Shown here: positions 34,712 through 40,000 of the stretch, piece after piece | Numbering within the stretch: the first letter of the stretch is position 1 | Layout: every line of letters begins with the position of its first letter | Sequence record: MZ326168.1 | Origin: Salmonella phage NINP13076 | Length of the DNA stretch: 40,000 nt | Direction: 5' to 3' (one strand) | The notes under the pieces: generated by a model | The model's input: the letters and a program-made list of their open reading frames with translations, nothing else | Told to the model about the DNA's origin: nothing | Databases searched by the model: none | Made by a program: the position numbers and the translations under genes

Positions 34712-35222
34712 TATGGGAAATACCTTACAAGAAGCAATTGAACTTCGTCGCAGTAAAGGCCAAACAGATGCCGAAATCATAGATTATCTGGTGCAAAGGG
34801 CAGAACGAAAAGAGGAACTTCTTAACTTTTATAAGAAACGAGGTTCTGAACTCAAAGATGCTTTGGTGCAGTCTCAGTTTGAAAGTGGTCGTCGTGTGAA
34901 AGTCACGATTGATAACATTATCAAGACGTGCTGGGGCAATTACCTGTATCATAAAAACACTCGATACATTTATAATGGTAAGGTGAAAGCTTGGGTAAAG
35001 GACCTTAATAAAAACAGCTTGTTACAACACAATATTGAGCATCTCCCTGGGAAATTTCATGTAGAGCTTATTCTTCCTGACGAAGAAATGCCTCGAAAGT
35101 GGGAGGGAGTTGCTGTTGGTAACTTGTTTGGTAAACGTCTGCTTGCTGTAGAGAAAGATGGGATGTGGATCAATTCGGATGATACATTCATTATCACTAA
35201 GAAGGAAAAACAACATGGCTAA
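34711..35222 (+). CDS. Hypothetical protein
   Basis: MGNTLQEAIELRRSKGQTDAEIIDYLVQRAER..., counterpart 36711-37220. Confidence 0.7.
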
Positions 35223-35598
35223 CTGGAAACAAACCTTTCGGATCGATGACATCTGGAAGAAAAGAAATGGTGAATGCGGTCCTGAAGACTGGACAGACAA
35301 GACAGTTCATGAGCTTGCTAAAGAAATCGCCCGTCGTATACAGCGTAAATGGCCTCAACTGATGTTGGATGGTGACGGGGATTGCGATTTCGATCTGGTT
35401 GAAATTTATGACTGGTTTATGGCAGTTCCCACGCCAGGGGAGTATAAGTTTATGCTTACTCAGATCCTTGAGAACGAAAGCGCAAGTGATGATGAGTACA
35501 TGGAATGGTCAAAACGCACACCGATGGTTGAGTTTAATGATGGCATGTCAATATTCTATGACTGGTGCGACCGCAATCTGGTATGGGTGCAAAAGTGA
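35212..35598 (+). CDS. Hypothetical protein
   Basis: NGECGPEDWTDKTVHELAKEI..., diverged counterpart in 36338-36722. Confidence 0.65.
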   Translation, partial: NMANWKQTFRIDDIWKKRNGECGPEDWTDKTVHELAKEIARRIQRKWPQLMLDGDGDCDFDLVEIYDWFMAVPTPGEYKFMLTQILENESASDDEYMEWSKRTPMVEFNDGMSIFYDWCDRNLVWVQK

Positions 35599-35825
35599 AA
35601 CCGTTGGACTTTTCCGACATAGCGGTAGATCGTTTGCCGCTTTTTCGGTATCGTATGACTCGTCGTGCATGGTATGCAGTCTTTGGCGCAAATAAGATAT
35701 CCCCGGATGAAGAATTATTCACCGAAGACCTTGCTTTGAGGATTCATACCCTATACAATGATATCGCCCCCGAAGAGATCGGGGATATGATTGAAAATTA
35801 TCTTGAACAAAGGAGACAAACGTAA
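35595..35825 (+). CDS. Hypothetical protein
   Basis: VKPLDFSDIAVDRLPLFRYRMTRRAWYAVFGANK..., counterpart 36102-36341. Confidence 0.65.
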   Translation: MKPLDFSDIAVDRLPLFRYRMTRRAWYAVFGANKISPDEELFTEDLALRIHTLYNDIAPEEIGDMIENYLEQRRQT

Positions 35826-35941
35826 TGTCGAGTCGTAATATTTTTGATGATAACCGTATCACTCTGCGTGACGTACCCGATTGATCGGGTACGTCACGCA
35901 GAGTGATACGGTTATCATCAAAAATATTACGACTCGACATT
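35824..35941. repeat. Perfect 118-bp palindrome (58-nt arms, 2-nt spacer TG)
   Basis: AATGTCGAGTCGTAATATTTTTGATGATAACCGTATCACTCTGCGTGACGTACCCGAT-TG-reverse complement. Confidence 0.98.
35825..35884 (+). pseudogene. N-terminal fragment MSSRNIFDDNRITLRDVPD* cut at the palindrome centre
   Basis: RBS GGAG upstream on both strands; same 19 codons in both arms. Confidence 0.6.
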
Positions 35942-36145
35942 CGTTGTCTCCTTTTCATTCAACAGGTATTTGGTCTCTTGACCAAGTTTGATTTCGTTTT
36001 CTATCCTACGATAAACAGATTTTAAAATAAATCCAACTCTGTCATCGTAATAAGGTTCTTTCTTATAGTCAGCGTCATTTATGCCAACACCAAAAACAGG
36101 TCTACGCCCCATTGCAATGTCTCCTTTGTTCAAGATAATTGTCAA
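35927..36145 (-). CDS. Small hypothetical protein, right arm only (probable start MGRRPVFGVG)
   Basis: Inserted between the counterparts of 35595-35825 and 35825-35884. Confidence 0.5.
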   Translation of the reverse strand: MTIILNKGDIAMGRRPVFGVGINDADYKKEPYYDDRVGFILKSVYRRIENEIKLGQETKYLLNEKETTNVES

Positions 36146-36341
36146 TCATGTCCCCAATATCTTCTGGGGCGATGTCATTGTATAGGGTATGAATCCTCAA
36201 AGCAAGGTCTTCAGTGAATAATTCTTCATCTGGGTTTATCTTATTTGCGCCAAAGACTGCATACCATGCACGACGAGTCATACGATACCGAAAAAGCGGC
36301 AAACGAACTGCCGCTATATCGGAGAAATCTAACGGTTTCAC
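36102..36341 (-). CDS. Hypothetical protein, counterpart of 35595-35825
   Basis: Translated similarity. Confidence 0.65.
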   Translation of the reverse strand: MKPLDFSDIAAVRLPLFRYRMTRRAWYAVFGANKINPDEELFTEDLALRIHTLYNDIAPEDIGDMIDNYLEQRRHCNGA

Positions 36342-36722
36342 TTATCCACCCACACAGAACTACTATCACACCAATCATAAAACAGGTCCATCGCCTCGTT
36401 GAACTGAGTTATCGGTTTGCTGTTGTACATTTCGCAGATCTCATCGTCACAGACATTTTCGTTTGCAATTAGACGCGCCAGCATGTCACGGTGTTCTTTA
36501 AGAGTCGGCACCGATTCGAACATGTCCTGAACCTCTGTCAAGCGCGGGTCCCAGTCGTGTCCGTCAATCATGTGTTGCGGGAACTTTCGCTTGATTCGAC
36601 GAGAAATCTCTTTAGCCAGTTCATGAACCGTCTTATCTGTCCATTCTTCTGGGCCGCACTCACCGTTACGTTGTCCCCACACATCACGCAAGTCAAAGCG
36701 GGTTTTCCAGTTACGCATTCTT
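36338..36722 (-). CDS. Hypothetical protein, diverged counterpart of 35212-35598
   Basis: Shared NGECGPEEWTDKTVHELAKEISRRI core. Confidence 0.6.
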
Positions 36723-37220
36723 CTTCTCCTTCTTAGTGATAATGAATGTATCATCAGAGTTGATCCACATACCGTCTTTTCCTACTGCAAGCAGGCGCTT
36801 ACCAAACAGGTTACCAACAGCAACCCCCTCCCATTTCCGGGGCATTTCTTCGTCAGGAAGAATAACCTCCACATGAAATTTCCCAGGCAAATGTTCAACA
36901 TTGTGCTGTAACAGGCTGTTTTTGTTGGGGTCTTTCACCCACGCCTTCATCTTACCGTCATAAAAATACCGGGTGTTCTTATGATAAAGGTAATTGCCCC
37001 AGCATGTCCTGATAATGTTGTCAACCGTGACTTTTACACGGCGACCGCTCTCAAACTGAGACTGCACCAAAGCATCCTTGAGTTCAGATCCTCGCTTCTT
37101 GTAAAAGTTAAGAAGTTCCTCTTTCCGTTCTGTCCTCTGCACCAGATAATTTATAATCTCTGCATCTGTGTGGCCTTTGCTGCGACGAAGTTCAATGGCT
37201 TGCTGTAGTGATTGACTCAT
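36711..37220 (-). CDS. Hypothetical protein, counterpart of 34711-35222
   Basis: MSQSLQQAIELRRSKGHTDAEIINYLVQRTER... Confidence 0.7.
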   Translation of the reverse strand: MSQSLQQAIELRRSKGHTDAEIINYLVQRTERKEELLNFYKKRGSELKDALVQSQFESGRRVKVTVDNIIRTCWGNYLYHKNTRYFYDGKMKAWVKDPNKNSLLQHNVEHLPGKFHVEVILPDEEMPRKWEGVAVGNLFGKRLLAVGKDGMWINSDDTFIITKKEKKNA

Positions 37221-37684
37221 AACATGATCCCCTGCATTTGTTCATGAAGTCGTTTTGCTTCTGTCAGACGTATGTAAAGATTGTGGTACTTACGTACACG
37301 CAACAAGTCTTTGTCCGTCAACCCTTTCAAACGGCGAACATCCGAATTGTGGCGGAGGTCTGCAAGCTTCACACGAACAGCGTCGTAATTCAATGCAATA
37401 TTTTCAAAATACTCCTCTGGACTTTGCCCTTCCTTCTTTGTCAGGATCACAACAGCATCCTTAACGCGGTTGGAGAATCCAAGCATAACAAGATCAGCAG
37501 CAGTGACATCCGTGTCTTCCAACACATCGTGCAGTGCAGCGATAGCCATCAGTTGAAAGTCATCCGTTTTGAGGTAGTGCATAACCTTCAGTGGATGCAG
37601 GATGTAAGGGTTTCCACCTTTATCCTTCTGGTTTAAATGCCCTTCCGCTGCAATCTTGATAGCAAGGGCAAGCTCCTGTGCTGG
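37217..37684 (-). pseudogene. RelA/SpoT-type HD hydrolase, start codon missing (second copy)
   Basis: Same motifs; begins at the same nucleotide as the left copy. Confidence 0.7.
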
Positions 37685-37790
37685 GGGTATCCTTGGGTGC
37701 CTTCAACGCACTTGCGGCTGGGGCGTTGTTCCAATCTTCAAGTTCCTTTCGGAACTTATTGACTAACTCATTTCGAGAGTATGATGCCAT
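37685..37790 (-). pseudogene. Small ORF MASYSRNELVNKFRKELEDWNNAPAASALKAPKDT, 3' end lost
   Basis: Complete 40-aa counterpart at 39119-39241. Confidence 0.6.
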
Positions 37791-37801
37791 AATTTTATCT
37801 C

Positions 37802-39109
37802 CTATTTGCCTGGAAAAGTTTCTTCATAAAATCTTACTATACGTTGGTCAACAATAATATCCTTTTCTTTGACCTTTTTCAATAGTCTTAATCCGTTAGC
37901 TGATGTAGCCCTACTGAAAGCAACATATGCCATACCGGGTGCAAAAGCTCCATAACCAAAGTCTATATTAAGTTCAGGTAATGTCAAGCCCTGTGCTTTG
38001 TGAATCGTCACAGCCCAACCCAAACGAATAGGGAGGGCACGGTACTCACCGATAGTGATCTTTTCAATCTCTTCAGTGGTTGTCCCATCAGAATTCCTGA
38101 CCTTGATTGGATTATATTCCACATTCTCCCACACATAGGCATCTACATCAACTACTTTCCCACAGTCCAAACGAACCTTCACACTATCCTTGCCGAGTTC
38201 GATTACCTCCCCACGGGAACCATTGACATACTCTGGTTCATCAAAGCCTTTAGGGTCGTTTACTGTGATCATTACCTTCGCCCCTTCCTTGAGGTACAAC
38301 TCTTCAGGAACAGGTTTTTGGGTAAATTCACCAGACTTCTTCGCGGTATATAACGTAGGCAACCCAGGAACCTCATCAAAACGCCTCTTGTTTACTTTTT
38401 CCGCAGCGGCATTTGTAGAGGTGATAGTGATTGCATCTGGAATAGCATTTCCTCCGCGATAGCACACACCATTAAGTTCCCTTACAATTTCTGGGATACG
38501 CTGTCCACGACGAAGGAGATTGAGAATATCGGAGAAACGTCTGCTGTTCTGCCTATAAATCGTCTCAAGTAGCACAGGGTAAGGATTAAGCTCTTTCCAA
38601 GTATCTGAGAAACAAGATAATTCCGTGTTGTGAAATTGGAAGTAAGTCTCCCTCTCTGTCTCAGTAAGGACGGGTGGATTCTGGAAGAAATCACCAAACA
38701 TACAGATCTGCAAACCACCGAATGGCTTATTTGGTTGCTTTCTTGCGAGTCGGCATTTCATATCCATTTCCCACAACTTATCAGCCCTGAACATACTGAT
38801 CTCATCAATGATGATGATCTTTAACGCTTTACTCTTCAACAGCCTTTTCACTTTCGGCTTAATCTCTTCGGTATCCTTTTTGGTAGCAACCCCCATTGTA
38901 AGCCCAAACGCACGGTGTGCAGTCATCCCATTAACGTTAATGGCAGCAGCCCCCGTAGGGGCTACTGTGAGGACTGAACCTGCGTAAAGGGATTGGATGT
39001 TCTTTATGGTGTAACTTTTGCCGCTACCACCAGGCCCCGTAACAAATACGTTATCCCCAGACATGATAGCACCAAGGGCAGCTTCAACGCCCACACCAAA
39101 ATCTGACAT
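37802..39109 (-). CDS. SF1B helicase, Pif1/Dda-like
   Basis: VTGPGGSGKSYTI, IIIDEISMF, GWAVTIHKAQGLT, YVAFSRATS. Confidence 0.92.
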   Translation of the reverse strand: MSDFGVGVEAALGAIMSGDNVFVTGPGGSGKSYTIKNIQSLYAGSVLTVAPTGAAAINVNGMTAHRAFGLTMGVATKKDTEEIKPKVKRLLKSKALKIIIIDEISMFRADKLWEMDMKCRLARKQPNKPFGGLQICMFGDFFQNPPVLTETERETYFQFHNTELSCFSDTWKELNPYPVLLETIYRQNSRRFSDILNLLRRGQRIPEIVRELNGVCYRGGNAIPDAITITSTNAAAEKVNKRRFDEVPGLPTLYTAKKSGEFTQKPVPEELYLKEGAKVMITVNDPKGFDEPEYVNGSRGEVIELGKDSVKVRLDCGKVVDVDAYVWENVEYNPIKVRNSDGTTTEEIEKITIGEYRALPIRLGWAVTIHKAQGLTLPELNIDFGYGAFAPGMAYVAFSRATSANGLRLLKKVKEKDIIVDQRIVRFYEETFPGK

Positions 39110-39118
39110 CAATCCTCC

Positions 39119-39241
39119 TTAGTTTCTTCTTCCAGAAGTATCCTTCGGTGGCTTCAACGCACTTGCGGCTGGGGCGTTGTTCCAATCTTCAAGTTCCTTT
39201 TGGAACTTCTTGACTAACTCATTTCGAGAGTATGATGCCAT
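39119..39241 (-). CDS. Small hypothetical protein MASYSRNELVKKFQKELEDWNNAPAASALKPPKDTSGRRN
   Basis: Stop overlaps the RBS of the helicase; duplicated at 37685-37790. Confidence 0.6.
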   Translation of the reverse strand: MASYSRNELVKKFQKELEDWNNAPAASALKPPKDTSGRRN

Positions 39242-39252
39242 AATTTTATCTC

Positions 39253-40000
39253 CTATTTACCTGGGAAAGTATCTTCATAAAATCTTACTATACGTTGGTC
39301 AACAATAATATCCTTTTCTTTGACCTTTTTCAATAGTCTTAATCCTTTAGCTGATGTAGCCCTGCTGAAAGCAACATAAGCCATACCGGGTGCAAAAGCG
39401 CCATAACCAAAGTCTATATTAAGTTCAGGTAAAGTCAAGCCCTGCGCTTTATGAATTGTGACAGCCCAGCCCAAACGGATAGGGAGAGCACGGTATTCAC
39501 CGATAGTGATCTTCTCAATCTCTTCGGTTGTTGTACCATCAGAATTCCTGACCTTGATTGGGTTATATTCCACATTCTCCCACACATAGGCATCTACATC
39601 AACTACTTTCCCACAGTCCAAACGAACCTTCACACTATCCTTACCGAGTTCGATTATCTCTCCACGGGAACCATTGACATACTCTGGCTCATCAAAGCCT
39701 TTAGGGTCGTTTACTGTAATCATTACCTGTGCTCCTTCCTTCAGGTAAAGCTCTTCAGGAACAGGTTTTTGAGTAAACTCACCAGATTTCTTCGCAGTGT
39801 ACAACGTAGGCAACCCAGGGACCTCATCAAAACGCTTCTTGTTTACTTTATCCGCAGCAGCATTTGTAGATGTGATCGTTATGGCATCAAGAGGCTTGCC
39901 ATGATCATAACAATGCGTGTTCATGAATTTAACAATTTCTGGAATCCGCTGTCCACGACGCAGACAATTAAGCATCGTTGAGAAATGGACACTGCTCTGG
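39253..40000 (-). CDS. Second Pif1/Dda-like helicase copy (5' part beyond window end)
   Basis: Near-identical to 37802 onward; frame stays open to the window edge (QSSVHFSTMLNCLRRGQRIPEIV). Confidence 0.88.
   Translation of the reverse strand, partial: QSSVHFSTMLNCLRRGQRIPEIVKFMNTHCYDHGKPLDAITITSTNAAADKVNKKRFDEVPGLPTLYTAKKSGEFTQKPVPEELYLKEGAQVMITVNDPKGFDEPEYVNGSRGEIIELGKDSVKVRLDCGKVVDVDAYVWENVEYNPIKVRNSDGTTTEEIEKITIGEYRALPIRLGWAVTIHKAQGLTLPELNIDFGYGAFAPGMAYVAFSRATSAKGLRLLKKVKEKDIIVDQRIVRFYEDTFPGK

Larger units (their letters stand above)
33802..35881. repeat. Left arm of inverted duplication 2
   Basis: Gene-by-gene homology to 35884-37684; 65 nt identical at outer end, 58 nt at centre. Confidence 0.9.
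35884..37684. repeat. Right arm of inverted duplication 2
   Basis: See 33802-35881. Confidence 0.9.

Noticed and set aside
35719-35958. 79-aa minus-strand ORF running through the palindrome
   Set aside because: Only its MSSRNIFDDNRITLRDVPD part is a plausible coding start; the remainder is the reverse complement of the opposite arm.
33802-37684. Transposon with terminal inverted repeats
   Set aside because: No transposase in the interval, no target-site duplication visible at 33802/37684, and homology spans the whole arms rather than just the ends.
1-40000. CRISPR array or retron msr-msd
   Set aside because: No regularly spaced short direct repeats and no reverse transcriptase ORF.
1-40000. 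tRNA genes
   Set aside because: No convincing cloverleaf or CCA-ended tRNA noticed by eye; not exhaustively testable without tRNAscan-SE.

Overview
This 40 kb window reads as accessory/early-region sequence of a large lytic tailed phage, probably infecting a gammaproteobacterium (inferred from gene content; I could not search for the taxon). Recognisable genes, read from motifs: calcineurin-like phosphoesterase (two copies), CCA-adding enzyme, T4 RnlA-like RNA ligase, cyclic-phosphate-processing receiver-like protein, P-loop polynucleotide kinase-like protein, Sir2, an ATP-dependent DNA ligase N-terminus, ClpP-like protease, SLOG protein, PhoH, GH19-type endolysin, PnuC, RlaP-like nucleotidyltransferase, an HNH fragment, MoxR-like ATPase, NrdG/NrdD, RelA/SpoT-type HD hydrolase (two copies) and Pif1/Dda-like helicase (two tandem copies). 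The most unusual signal is architectural. (1) Positions 1-5481 are a diverged inverted copy of 5484-~15585. The arms meet head-to-head at 5482/5483, inside one coding sequence truncated at exactly the same codon on both sides. (2) Positions 33802-35881 and 35884-37684 form a second diverged inverted duplication. Its arms are identical for 65 nt at the outer ends and 58 nt at the centre (a perfect 118-bp palindrome with a 2-nt spacer), but diverged and differing in gene content between. (3) A ~1.45 kb Pif1-plus-small-ORF unit is repeated in tandem. (4) Every large transcription-strand switch coincides with a gene-truncating junction or a palindrome centre. This is either a striking fold-back/segment-shuffling biology or a chimeric join of contigs from two related phages. 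Reads across the junctions would decide. Separately, the RNA-repair genes (ligase, kinase, receiver, CCA-adding enzyme, RlaP-like) together with Sir2 and PnuC look like a candidate anti-defence tRNA-repair/NAD repertoire.
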